Source: Paraspadella gotoi (lineage: Eukaryota > Animalia > Chaetognatha). From it: DNA of 64,000 bases. The stretch is taken from the NCBI GenBank assembly GCA_051294375.1, contig CM119269.1, positions 5,630,050 to 5,694,049 of the forward strand, given 5' to 3'. Positions 46,930 through 60,743 of the stretch are shown one piece after another. The notes below the pieces were generated by a model. It ran no database searches and was not told where the DNA came from. It worked only from the letters and a program-made list of their open reading frames with translations. The first letter of the stretch is position 1; every line of letters starts with the position of its first letter. A program made the translations under genes and the position numbers.

Positions 46930-48141
46930 CAGTATATAAGTTGTGCCAATTTCATAAAATTCAGCTCTTTGTATTTTGATGCTAGATACAAGGGTGGATA
47001 GACAGACGTGGTCTATTACCGAGCATGCTTCTCATTCACCTCGTCATTCCATACCTCCTCCCAGGGATTCGGGCAGCGTTCAGGAGATTCAGTTCAACCT
47101 TTCTCTCTTCTATACATAGCTTCCTCTGCGCCTTTTATACGCGGTCATTTTTGTCTCAGTATAGATTTTCCTTCCGTCAATAAGTTAGTTTCCGCGCATC
47201 CTCAGTCACACTTGTACTTCCGGTTAGGATACCTTTCAGAGTGACGCGCGCAATTGTGTTGGCTCGAAGCATCTAACCACAAAAAAAACCGCAGGATGTG
47301 CTCCACCGACTGATTTAGAAAACGCGAGAAACAAACAAAAAAAAAAAAAAACAACAACGAAAATGAAGGAAAAAAAGGAAAAAAAATAGTGAAAACTTTT
47401 TTCCTTTTTTATTTTTTTTTAAAATTGAAGTTAAAAACAAAAAAACAAAAACGACGAGTAATCATTTGGATTTAAAATTTTAATTGCTTTTCCATCCTCG
47501 TCTTCCACAACCCCGACTTTTTTTTGCGCAATTCGCGACAAAAAAAAAAACTAACATTTAAGTCGCATCTTTCTTCCGATGTTTTTTTTCCTCCTCCTTC
47601 CCGGACGAATCGATCTTTGTCAGACACGACTTCCGCCATTGGCGAAAAAATTGCATAACTAGCGGAATCACCCTTCGATATTCTCTCCCGCCCACTTCTC
47701 ACGTCTCTTTAATAAAGCGACTCGATCATTCGATCGTTAAGAACGCAGAATCTCGATCGGCGAAATTAATTTTTTTCTTTGCGCCGCCTATTTTTAATCG
47801 CCTCGGCGCCACCGCCGCGCTCCTCTATCTTCTAAACGCCCCTAACGCCAGCGGTCCTCCCGCTGCGTTTCCCGTCCGATGCCGATCCGCGCTCCCTCGC
47901 GATCGCTTTCTTAATAAAAAGATCGTTTGCCGATTTTCGATCATTCACTCGTCGCAATCATAAGCGACCAAATGATTGACCATACATTTTCAGATTTACC
48001 GTTTTCGCGAATCGTCTCTCCCCCTGCGATCGCCATTGGCGAAAACAGTGGAACCTGCAGCTACGCCACAGATCACATATCGAACCTCCTCTCTCCCTCC
48101 TCTCTCCTCCCCCCCCGGTTAGATACTCTTTTCAGAGCCTG
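46930..48141 (+). mobile_element. ~1.2-kb non-coding insertion absent from copy A
   Basis: Copy A reads GGTACCTTCATACGAAAT (38974-38991); copies B and E carry ~1.2 kb between GGTACCTTC and CCTTCATACTAAAT. Confidence 0.5.
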
Positions 48142-48564
48142 CATACTAAATATGAACTTAATTAATGACGTTTTACAAACATAAATGGGACAGTACCCAA
48201 GCGACCAGACAAAGTTACTGACCGAGACCGACCACTAAAGAGTTGCTCCGCGAGTCCTCGTAAGCCTGTCAAAATTAACCGGTGATTCATGACCCAAACT
48301 AATTTTAATAATCTTTTTATTTTAATTTATCTTCAAAATTTATCCGTGTGAAGATGTATCTTTTATGACGTCGTTTGATTTATGTGTCAACAGGAANNNN
48401 NNNNNNNNNNNNNNNNNNNNNGGAATCAACCCTTCGATTTTCTCCCGCCCACTTTCTCACGTCTCTTTATAAAGCGACTCGATCTTCGATCGTTAAGAAC
48501 CAGAATCTCGATCGCGGAATTAATTTTTTTTCTTTGCGGNNNNNNNNNNNNNNNNNNNNNNNNN

Positions 48565-51500
48565 GTCACTGTTTTCGCAAGGCGATCGCAGGGAGAGAGA
48601 CGATTCGCGAAAACGAGTTAATCGAAATGTATGTTCATCATTGGTCCGCTTATGATTGCGACGATGATGATCGAAAATCGGCAAAACGATCTTTTTATTA
48701 AGAGAAGCGATCGGAGGGAGCGATCGATCGGATCGGAGGAAACGAGGGGAGGAGGGGATTAGGGGGTTTAGAAGATAGAGACGGCGGCGGTGGCGCCGGC
48801 GATTAAAAATGGCGGCGCAAAGAAAAAAATTAATTCCGCGATCGAGATTCTGGTTCTTAACGATCGAAGATCGAGTCGCTTTATAAAGAGACGTGAGAAA
48901 GTGGGCGGGAGAAAATCGAAGGGTTGATTCCGTAGTTATGAAATTTTTTCGCCATGGCGGAAGTCGTGCTGATCAAAGATCGAATTCGTCCGGGAAGCGA
49001 GGAGGAAAAAAAACATCGGAAGAAGAGATGCGATTAAATGTGTTTTTTTTTTTGTCGGCATTGCGCAAAAAAAAGTCGGGGTTGGGGAAACGAGGATGGA
49101 AAAAATTAAAATTTAATCCAATGATTACTGTCGTTTTTGTTTTTTGTTTTTACTTTCAATTTAAAAAAAAAAATAGGAAAAAAGTTTTCACATATTTTTT
49201 TTCTTTTTTTCTTCATTTCGGTGTTTTTTTTTTTGTTTTGTTTTCTCCGGTTTTCTAAATCAGTCGGTGGAGCACATCCTGGGTTTTTTTTGTGGTTAGA
49301 TGTTCGAGCAACACAATTGGGCGTCACTCTGAAAGGTATCCTAACCGAAGTAAAGTGACGAGAATGCGGGAAACTAATATATTGACGGAAGGAAAATCCT
49401 ATACTGGAGACAAAAATGAGGGTATAAAAAGGGAGAGAAGCTAGTAGTAGAAGAGAGAAAGGTGAATGAATCTCCTGAACGCGGCCCCGAATCCCTGGGA
49501 GAGGATGAAGAGGAGGTGAATGAGAAGATGGGTAATAGACCCCGTCTGTCTATCCACCTTATATACTGGAAGGTACCATAAGAGCTTTACTGTACACATG
49601 TATTATATTTGTGCAGTGGCGTGATCACCTAAAAAAAGCGATCACATGACCCAAAAATCATAGAATACAAAGAATAAAAGACGGAATTCTGATGCAGTGC
49701 AGATCAAACGCTCATTGGTAGTCACGTGATCAGTGATCACTGATCACCCAGAAATACACGTGAATGAAAGTTACTGTTACACATTGGAATTGTGTAATTT
49801 TTAAATTTTGTATTTTTAGTTTTTGATTATTATTTGTATTGTTTATCAAAAATAAAAAAAAAAATACCATTGCTCAAATAAGGAAAATTGTGATCGCTCC
49901 AATCTGTTTTAAACTCTAAACAGTTAATCTGTTTATTAATTCTTTTTTTTAAAACAAGGTAGGCCGCCTCGATCTTAGACACTCAATTCTAAGAAATCGA
50001 AGCAGACAAAAAATCGCCTAAGTTAGGGATTAGCAGTGTTCGACGAAAATTTTTATTTCTTTTGGGCCAAAAAACATATGGAATTCGAAACAAAAAAGAA
50101 GGCATCTTAAAATAATAACTGTATGGAAAATACTAAAAATAAAATTTTATTTTTTTAAATATAGATAGTGTAAGGGTATGTCTAACTAAAAATTAAAAAT
50201 AATCTTTCAAATAAGAAAAAATATTGCAATAGTACAAGAAAGAAATATTTCTTTTTATTGTAGCACAAAAACTAGGCTTTCCTCGCAAACACCTCTGGTT
50301 ACAGGAGATGCAAATGTATTTTCTCTCAAGTATTTATCATTGTAATTCCCAAAAATGAATCTCAAAAACCCGCTAGGCTAAGTCATTTTTCATTCTTATC
50401 GAAATTCCTTCTCATTATTGGTCGATGAATCATTTTTTCTTTTTTTTCTTCATTACTTTTCGATTCCGCTTCTTCTTCTCTTTAGTGCGCCGCAAGTACT
50501 CGCTGAGCAACTCTATAAAGTCACTTTTCGGTCAGTCGTCGGTCGGTCTGTCTGTCCCACGTTTGTTAAAAATGCATATAATTTTTTTATAGTTGGTTGC
50601 TCTTTTGTTTAGACAGAAAAAAAACTTCAAATCTAAGGACTGCAAGCGCCACCTTCAGGAAATCTTAAAACTAAAATAGAATAAAAATACATAAATACAC
50701 GGGCCCAGAAAGTTATTGTAATCATGGTATGTCACGTCATATCATGTCACGTCATGTCACGAGAAATACTGGTAATAAGGAAGACTTGCGGCGCAACACA
50801 TTTGAATTACCGTTCTTGTTTTCTTCATTATTTTTTTTTTTTTTTCTTTTTTTTCTTCTCTTTTTTCGGAAAAAACGTCGAGCAAGATGGATTCTTCTAG
50901 CATTAATCATTCCAGGGGTTTAAGGCCACAGGTAAGTAAATTCGATTCGTATTCTTAGAAGAATAATACCTTATTATAATAATTTACTAATAAACACAAT
51001 CAATACTCGTTTATTTATTTTAAATATCATACACAGCATAATTAACTGAAAAGAGGATATATCGTGACATCCTTTCACGAAAACGGTTTGTTTTCCCCAC
51101 CCCCCCCCGAGTTCGTTCGCATCGTCGCTCATCCGCGAGATTCGCTCGTTTTTCATTGTGATTCAAGAAAACGATTCACGTTTGTGAATATTTAATGAGT
51201 GAGTCTCTCCTTTCCATCACTCAGTTTAAATATGAAGGCCGACGCGTCCGTGAGGACCGCCGCGGAAAAATGTGAGGTGAAGAAAATGAAAACAGGTTAT
51301 TGGAAAAACTAAAAAAGACGCGAAAGGCCCGCCGATTTTACAGTTGCGTGCCGTCTTTCAGATGTGAATTATGTATAGACATGTTGGCGGAAAATTTCGT
51401 ATTAGAATTGGGATTTTTTTTTTCAAAATTATTAGATTCTTTAAATCGAATTTTGTAATAATAATATTTTTTTCACCGCGCATGCCTAAGAATAAAAGTT

Positions 51501-51705
51501 TTTTTTTTATCAAACTTAAGACCAAAAACTTTAAGAAATAAGTTGTTTTTGATAGAAAAAAAATCCTTCACTCTTTTTTCTTAAAGTTTATAAAATAATT
51601 TTTTTGCATATATGCTCGACTAAATTTTAAATTCAATCGCTAATTGGAGGTCGCCGCGTCGTCGACAAATATTTTTTTTCCCGCCATTTTCTCGTCAACT
51701 TAAAA
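48565..51705 (-). repeat. Copy C: inverted copy of ~44790-48050
   Basis: Reverse-complement markers, e.g. TATGTCACGTCATATCATGTCAC near 50728 and GGATATATCGTGACATCCTTTCAC near 51055. Confidence 0.92.
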
Positions 51706-51714
51706 AAAAAAACG

Positions 51715-52143
51715 CCGCTACCGCACGATCACATAATCGAACTCCTCTCTCCCTCCTCTCTCCTCCCCCCCCCGGTTAGGATACCTTTTCAGAGCCTTCA
51801 TACTAAATATGAACTTAATTAATGACGTTTTAAAACATAAATGGGACAGACCAACGGACAGACAAAGTTACTGACCGACCGACACTCAAGAGTTGCTCCG
51901 CGAGTCCTCGTAACCTGTCAATTAACCGGTGATTCATGACCCAACTAATTTAATTAATCTTTTTTTATTTTAATTTATTTCAATTTATCGTAGTGAAGAT
52001 TATCTTTTATGACGTCGTTTGATTTATGTGTCAACGGAAAAAAATATTGTTTTCATAAAACAATGAAAACGAATATGCGCAGAACGAAACACTGCGATAT
52101 TACCTTTCGACGTCGGCGAGCTTAATTGGCCGGTGACACCCAC

Positions 52144-52178
<35 letters not shown>

Positions 52179-52267
52179 NNNNNNNNNNNNNNNNNNNNNN
52201 NNNNNNNNNNNNNNNNNNNNNNNNNNNNNNNNNNNNNNNNNNNNNNNNNNNNNNNNNNNNNNNNNNN

Positions 52268-52304
<37 letters not shown>

Positions 52305-52616
52305 AAAGGTTATATATCTCGAAGTCTCTTTTCCTATTTTTCTCTCTAAGAGTTTGTTTTGTTTCTGTCCAGATGGTCAGATGGTCACTGGTCCTTTTAT
52401 TGCACTGGTTTCTAGAACTCAAAAATTACGAAATGGTCATTCTTTATAAAGACCAGAGCAGATAATCGTTTGTCCGTCCGAAAACCAATTTCTACGGGTT
52501 TTTAGAAGTATTATTGTACTAAATAATCGCCAATAAAGTATTAAAGAATTAGCGTCAAAAACGCTTGTCGTTTTTCTTTGGACGGGAGACACATTGGACT
52601 TACGAGTTTACTGGCG

Positions 52617-52713
<97 letters not shown>

Positions 52714-53910
52714 GAAACGGAATCGCTGTATTCCGCAATTTGCACCCGTCAAACGACAAGGTTGGCACCCGCGCCATTGCCGATAACGGTCTCGATTCTA
52801 TAGCGTTTGCCTCAGCCGCCGCCGCCGCCGCCATCCCTGCCGCCGCCGACACCGAGCCCGCCCTATTCGACCGCGTAATTTTTTTCGAATTTCTGTCTTC
52901 CGATTGCTGTATTGATTTCAAATGAAAAGTGGCACCTTGGCACCACACCCGCTATTTCAAAGGGTAGAAAAATATTTCACCAATTGTCCATTCTCGTAAC
53001 TGTTTTGACTCACAACTTTTTTTTCTCGTGAGATCTATTCAGCCTATTTCACTTTCTAACGAGGCCCACGGTCAAATTGTGAAAGATTATCCGAAGTTTG
53101 AATTCTCGGAACAGCTTTTCAGAATCGACCTGAAAAGCAAAATCTTCAAAAAACTTGATGTTGATCTGGAGGGACATTCACAGTCGACCTGTCGAAATGA
53201 CCCCGATACGTTTAACTTTCCTTTTCCTTTTTCTTTTTCCTTTTTTAAATTTTTCTCACCCCTTTTTCTTTTTTTTCTTTTTTCAGTAAAAAAGGATAAA
53301 AGGGTCAAAAAATAAACAAAGAACCAACATGAAACGAAAATTGTAAGGTATAAAATAAATGTATAATATAATAAAAAAAAAATAATAATAATAATACTAA
53401 TAATAATATAATGATAATAAGCCTGTCCAAAGTCAGGGACAAGATAGCTTATTTATTATTATAATTATTATATTGGTTGTACCAATTTCATAAAAAAAAT
53501 ATAGTAATAAAATCCATCTTATTTTTTCCTTCGTTCTTCAATTTATTCCTCTTGTATCTCTGACCTTTTTTGGTTATTCCCAATCTGACATTACCATATC
53601 ACATTATCAGCCTTTCTTTTTTTCTTTGGTTATTCCCAATCCGACATGACCATATCAGCCTTTCTGAGGGAAGGCAGGATTTAAGACTCGGGCCGTCCCT
53701 TTATCTCTCTTCATTCTTAAGTCGGCTATGAATCGCTTATATGCCTTTGTACTTAATAATATTCAACTTTTTACAGTTTAAATCATTTTAATCATTTTTA
53801 ATTTCTACATTTATTTATTTTATCATTTGTTGTTGTTGTTGTCGTTGTTAAAAATGTCAAACGCCACATCTGCATCCAAACGTTTTTATATCTGAAAAGT
53901 TTATATATCT

Positions 53911-53981
<71 letters not shown>

Positions 53982-54870
53982 ATTTATTCATTTCCGTAAA
54001 AGGATCAGCGTGACGGCAGTGGCGCCAATCTCGTCGGCAGCGGCGTCGCCGTCGGCTCCGACGGCGGGGCGGCCTGCGGCGGGCGGCTGCGGCGGCGGCG
54101 TCGGCAGTGACGACGAAAGCGTCATAGAATAAATAACAACAACAATCTCGACGACGATCGAAAGAAAAAGACGAAAAAAAACCGAAAAAAAAGTTTGAAT
54201 ATCGCAGGGGACGAATTGGTGACAGATTATTATTGGAGTCGGACCAAGGAATGCGGAAAACGCCAATGATTAATAATTAATAATGAATGAGTGCGAAAGA
54301 AAGAAAAAAATGATAAGATTTAAAAATAAAAAAAGTGAACCGACAACGACGTTTACGTTTTGAGACAACAATTAAAACTAAAAATAAAAACGACAAACGT
54401 TCACTTCTCAAAATTTTTGCCACAATTGACAATTTGAAACAAAAAGTGTCATGATGATTGATGATGTATAATTCGGTTTTAAGGAAGTTACTATCATTAT
54501 CATTATTATAAAAGACTTAATCAAACGGATAGCTTGATTGTTAATTTAAATTTATTAAATTTGTTTAATTTTAAAAAAAATGTGCAAGATTTTCTGCTAT
54601 AAAAATGTCATCGAGATAGTTACTAAGGCTAAATTTAATAAGATATTATCATACTGTACGTACAAAATCACGCATCTCATTGAATNNNNNNNNNNAAAAA
54701 AAAATGTGTTATCATTCTAGGAAATAAAATTTGTTAATTTCAGAAATAAAAAAAAAGACTACGGACTGCGATCGGGATGAATGACCTCTATCGGAGAAGC
54801 TACGCAGGAGGGGAAGCTTCCGCTAGAGGGCGCTCTGGGCGACGCCGATGACGTCGACGGCGCCGCCGAT

Positions 54871-54901
<31 letters not shown>

Positions 54902-55530
54902 AGAAGAAGGCGACGACCGACGAACATTAGGTAAACTGAAGGAAAAGGGAAAATAAAAGGAAAAGGAAAAGGGGAAAAAGGAAAAAGGAAAAGGGAAAAA
55001 AAAAAAAAAAGGGAAGTGAGAAAATGCGAAAAAAAAAACCGATTTGAAAAAGATAAAAAGTTGGCGAATATCGTTTGTCGATTTCATTCAAATATAAAAT
55101 CTAAAATAAAATAAAAAAATCTATTTTCAAATCTAAAAGATGTACAGAGAAACAACGTGAGCTTAAGATTTAGTCAATAAAACGTTAAGATCATTGGACC
55201 CCCCCCAGCAGGTATACTGGCAATAATAAGATAAAAAAAGTGAGATCCCGCTGTGCTGACTGCTCAGCCGGTATTAAAACCAAATGCTTCTGTAATTCGT
55301 CTATGACTACGGCGTGAGACTGCCCACGGCCACGCCCACGGCGGATTTGTGAAAATTTATACAGTTTAAATTAAACAACATTAGTTTCTAGGGTGACCCC
55401 GCCTCAAAAATAAAAATAGAATTCACAGTATTACGACCTTTAAACCCAAAAGGGACGCACAGTTTCCCTGTTGACAAAATTCTAGGGACCCTTGAGGGAG
55501 GGTGATCGCTTCGAGTAAGGAAATGAAACC

Positions 55531-55604
<74 letters not shown>

Positions 55605-55730
55605 CTCTCCTCTCATCGACATTCGATGACGTCAGCTATTTTGAAGTCGTCACAGTCAAAAGCTTCGGCGTCAAAATCGTTTCCGACGAACAACATTTTC
55701 TCGTCATAAACGTTTCTCCCTGCGGCGACA

Positions 55731-55765
<35 letters not shown>
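51715..55765 (+). repeat. Copy D (3' part of the repeated locus)
   Basis: Colinear with ~38980-42520 and ~57320-62510; ends at a 25-N gap. Confidence 0.9.
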
Positions 55766-55790
55766 NNNNNNNNNNNNNNNNNNNNNNNNN

Positions 55791-58700
55791 TTGTTGCTTC
55801 GATTTCTTAGAATTGAGTGTCTAAGATCGAGGGGCCTACCTTGTTTAAAAAAAGAATTAATAAAAGCAGATTAACTGTTTAGAGTTTGTAAAAAGATTGG
55901 AGCGATCCAATTTTCCTTTATATTATGAGCAATGTATTTTTTCTTTATTTGAATAACAATACAAACTAATATCAAAGACTAAAAAATAGAAAATTTAAAA
56001 ATTACACACATTCCAATGTGTAACAGTAACTTTCATTCACGGTATTTCTGGGTGATCAGTGATCACTGATCACGTGAACCTACCAAATGAGCGTTTGATC
56101 GCACTGCATCAGAATTCCGGATGCGCCTTTTATCTTTGTATTCTATGATGTGGGTCCATGTGATCGCTTTTAGGTGATCAACGCCAACTGCACAATATAA
56201 TACATGTGCTTACAGTAAAGCTCTTATGGTGACCTCCAGTATATAGGTGGATAGACAGACGTGGGTCTATACCCATCTTCTCATTCACCTCCTCTTCATC
56301 CTCCTCCCAGGGATTGGGGCCGCGTTATGGGGAGATTCAGTTCACCTTTCTCCTCTTCTACTACTAGCTGCTCGTCCTTTTATAAACCCTCATTTTTGTC
56401 TTCAGTATAGATTTTCCTTCACCGGTCAATATATTAGTTCGTCCGCATTCTCGTCACTTTACTTTCCGGTTTAGATACCTTTTCAGAGTGACGCCCAATT
56501 GTGGTTGCTCGAACATCTAACCACAAAAAAAAAAACCAGGGATGTGCTCCAACCAGACTGATTTAGAAAACCGGAGAAAACAAAAAACAAAAAAAAAACA
56601 ACCGAAAAGTGAAGAAAAAAATAGAAAAATATGTGAAAACTTTTTCCTATTTTTTTTAAAATGAAAAGTAAAAACAAAAAACAAAAAATCGACAGTATAT
56701 TTGGATTAATTTAATTTTTTCCAATGCGCTCGTTTCCCCAACCCCGACTTTTTTTTTGGCGCAATGCCGAACAAAAATAGACAAGATCGATTTAGTCGTC
56801 ATCTTTCTTCCGATGTTTTTGTTCCTCTCGCTTCCCCGGTACGATTCGATCTTTGGTCAGCACGGCTTCCGCCATTGCTGCGAAAGAAAATTTCATAACT
56901 ACGGATAAGCCTTCGATTCTTTCTCCGCCCATGCTTTCTCACGTCTCTTTACAAGGACTCGAATCTTCGATCGGCGTGTAAAGTTGGATGGTATGAACGC
57001 AAGAATCTCGATCCGCGGAATTAAATTTTTTTTCTTTGCGCCGCCATTTTTAATCTGCCGGCTGCGTCACCGAGCCGCCGATCTCTATCTTCCTTAACCC
57101 CTAATCGCCACCGTCCTACCCTCGCTTTCCTGCCGATCCCGATCGCGATCGCCCCTCCGATCGAATTCTCTTATAAAAGATCGTTTTGCCGATTTTCGAT
57201 CATCTCGTCCGCAATCATAGCGGACCAAATGATGAACATAAACATTTCGATAACTCGTTTTTCGCGAATCGTCCCTCTCTCACCAGCCTGCGATCGCCCT
57301 TGCGAAAACAGTGACCGCCGCTACCTGCAACGACTACACTGATCGAACTCATCTCTCCCTCCTCTCTCCTCCCCCCCCGGTTAGGGATACTTTTCAGTGC
57401 CTTCATTACTAAATATGAACTTAATTAATGACGTTTTTAAAACAATAATGGGACAGCAACGGACAGACAAAAAGTTGAACTGACGACCGCGAACACTGCA
57501 AGAGTTGCTCCGCGGAGTCCTGCCGTAGGACCACATGTCAATTAAGCCGAATGATTCATGACCCAACTCGAATTAATTAAATCTTTTTTTTATTTTATAG
57601 ATTGTAGTATTTCAATGCTTATCGTAGATGGAAAGATTATACTTAGTACTATGAACGTCGTCTTTGATACTGTTGGCTGTGTCTAACGGGACACAAAATT
57701 ATTAGTTATTCCACCACACACAATGAAACGAATATGCGTCATTAGAGAAACGAAACACGGACGATATTACCGAGTTTCCGACGTCGCGAGCTTGACATTG
57801 GACCGGGTGACGGACCACAGGCAAAGCAGAGAGAGGAGAGAGAAGAGAGACGAGATAGAGAGAGAATGAGACACGAATGGACGAGAGAGCAGAGAGAGCA
57901 GTAAGAAAAGGTATATTAGCTTTCGTCGAGTCTGCGAAGTCGTCTGACTGTGTCACCACTATGTAGTTATACTCACGTGCTAAGAGTTTGAGGGTATCGT
58001 GTCTTCTGTCCAGATGGGTCAGAGTGGTCACTGGTCTTTTAGTTCACTGGTCTAGAATCATCAAACAATCGTACGAAATGGTTCATTCTTTTAGTAAAAG
58101 GAACAGATGTCAGATAAATCGTTTCGGGTCCGGTCCGAACAATTTCTAGGGGTTTTTTAAGGAAGTATTCCAGTGTACAAATATATGTCGCCAGATAAAG
58201 TATCTCAAGAAAGTTGCTAGCATGTGCAAAAACGCCTCTGTACGTGTCAGATTTCTTTGGATTCGGGAGAGACAGCAATTGGACTTCACTCTGTACGAGT
58301 TTTACGAGCTGGCGCGGTAAGGAGAGCAGAGAGAGTGAGTAGAAGGATGAGGAGAATGATGGTAGTAGAGGAGAGAGGGGGAGAGAGAGGCTAGAGGAGA
58401 GGAGAGAGGAGTAGGCAGAACGAGGAGGATGAAGTTGCAACGGGAATCTGCCTGGTAGAGATCACGCTAACTCGTTTGCACCTCGTCGAAGACGGACAAG
58501 GGTTGAGTGCAGCCCCGGCGCGCCTCATTTGGCCATTGATATCATATCGGATGAACTCGATGTGTTAAGAAAGCGGTTGATTGCCTCAAGGCGCCGACCG
58601 TCCGATGTGATGTAACGGCCCGGCCGCCCCAATCCGTCCGCGTCCTTTGCCCTCAGACCCCGCGCTGGCCGAGCCTCACACCCGAGGCTCGCCCTATATT

Positions 58701-60702
58701 CGAGCGCGTAATATTTTATCGAGAATTTCTGTCCTTCCGATAGTGCTGTAGTGATTTCCAGATGAAGAAATTGGCACCATTGAGCACACGGAACACCCGC
58801 GATTTTTCAAGGGTGCAGATAAAATATGTTCACGCAATTGTCCATTAGATCTCGTGACTGTTCTTTGACGTCACGAACTTTTGTATTCTTCTCGTGAGGA
58901 TCTATGTGCAGCCTATTTTCACTTTCTGGAGCCTTCGACTGAATGGCGAGGCCCACGGTCAAATTGGATGAAAGATTCATGCGAAGTTTGATATCTCTTC
59001 GGAGCTTTTCAGAGAGTCGAGACGCTTGAGAAAGCAAAATCTTAAAGAAACTGAGTGGATGTCTGAATGCTAGTGAGGGAGCACATGTTCAACAGTACGA
59101 CCTGTCGAGGAATGTACCCCGAAGTGCGTGTTAACTATTACGCTCTTCCTTTCTTTTGTCCTATTTTAGAATTTTTCTCACGACCTCGCTTTTTCTTTTT
59201 CTTTTTTCAGTAAAAGAGAGGATAAAATTGGAGTCAAAAAATAATATGTGCCCAAGTTGTAGACCAAGCAGCAATGAACGAGAGAAAGTTAGTGGTAAGG
59301 CTGTATTGAGAACATGTATCAATTGATATAGACATATAATAGAGAAAAAAGAAATAATGAAAAATACTAAAAAATAATATAATGTAATGAAGCCCTGTCC
59401 AAAGTCAGGGACAAGATAAGCTATTTTATTATGTTATAAATTATTATGATTGGATGTTGTATCAAATGTTCATAAAAAAATAGTAGGTAAAAACATCCAT
59501 GCTTTAATTTTCCGTTCGATTCTTAATATTATCTCTCTTGTATGCGTCTGACCGTTTTGTGGTTATTCCCAATCTGGACACTTTAACCACATCACATTAT
59601 CAGCCTTATCATTTTTTTCGTTTGGTTGATTTCCCAATCCGACATGACGCATAATCAGGCCCTTTCGTGAAGGGAAGGGCAGGATTTAAGACTCGGCCGT
59701 CGCCTTTATCTCTTCTTCATTCTATAAGTCGGCTATGAATAAGTCCGGCTTATATGGGCCTCTTCGTACTCTAGACTAACATTCGAACTTTTTACAACGT
59801 GTTAAAATGACATTTTAACTCATTTTATAATTTCGTACATTTATCATTTATCATCTTGGTGTGTTAGTTGTTGTCGTTGTTAAAAATGTCAAACGCCACA
59901 TCTGCAATCCAAACGTTTTTATATTGACACAAGTTTAGATTATCTCTCTCGTCTTCTCTCTCCTCATCTCTATCTCCTGCCGTCCGCGCCTTTCCCGGGC
60001 TTCCCGTCTTCGAGTGCTGGCCCACGTCGTCTCCTACTGCCGTTTACGAGACACTGGTTGCTAGTTCACTCCGTCCGAGCAGGTCGATGTGAGGGCCCTG
60101 CCCGTCGATTATCTTGACAGCTCAGATCCTTCGCCCGCTCTTCCAGTGCCCGGTCTTCGCGTCATGACCATTCCGCTTCTTTCGATGCCGCCTGCTAGTC
60201 CATGCCTCTCATGTCTCTATCCTCTGATCCCCTCCCCTATGTCGCCAAGCCCAATTTCCGCTCGTTCGCATCTCTACCAGATCTCCCGATTCGCCGGATT
60301 CTTTCCTGGTCCCTGTCAGCGAGTGACTATCCGTGCTCCGATGTCATCTCAGCGTCTCTCCTCTCTCATTTCCTTCCGTCCTCCCTCTTCGCCATCTCGC
60401 GTCCCTGGGTGCTCTCAGCTCGGCTCGCAGGGCATGATGTCTGTGATAGTCGCTCCTCACCTCGTTCCTATCGTTCTACTTCCGTCATCTCGTAGTCCCG
60501 CCGCCTTCTGGCTCGTCTGATTCCTCGCGTGGTCGCCAGCCGTCGCTCACACACGATCGAGACGCCCTATGAGCCGTCCGATTCTCCTCCGCCACTAACG
60601 ATGAGACCCCCTCTCCGGCTCCAGTCAGTCCCATTCCCCTCCCCGCAACTCCACTCTCACCTCTCTCTCCTCACCTCCTCGCCCCCTCCTCTCCCCTCTT
60701 CT

Positions 60703-60743
<41 letters not shown>

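Larger units (their letters stand above)
42548..48396 (+). repeat. Copy B (5' two-thirds of the repeated locus)
   Basis: Colinear with ~31650-39245; bounded by N gaps of about 25. Confidence 0.9.

Noticed and set aside
52083-52131. RNTAILPFDVGELNWP resembling the fatty acyl-CoA reductase C-terminal FD....W motif
   Set aside because: Only ~16 aa, and no other reductase exons were found nearby.
59950-60660. Unique-looking Ser/Pro-rich ORFs (60089-60520 etc.)
   Set aside because: Sits where other copies have a short (CT)n run, inside a low-quality read segment; most likely base-calling noise.
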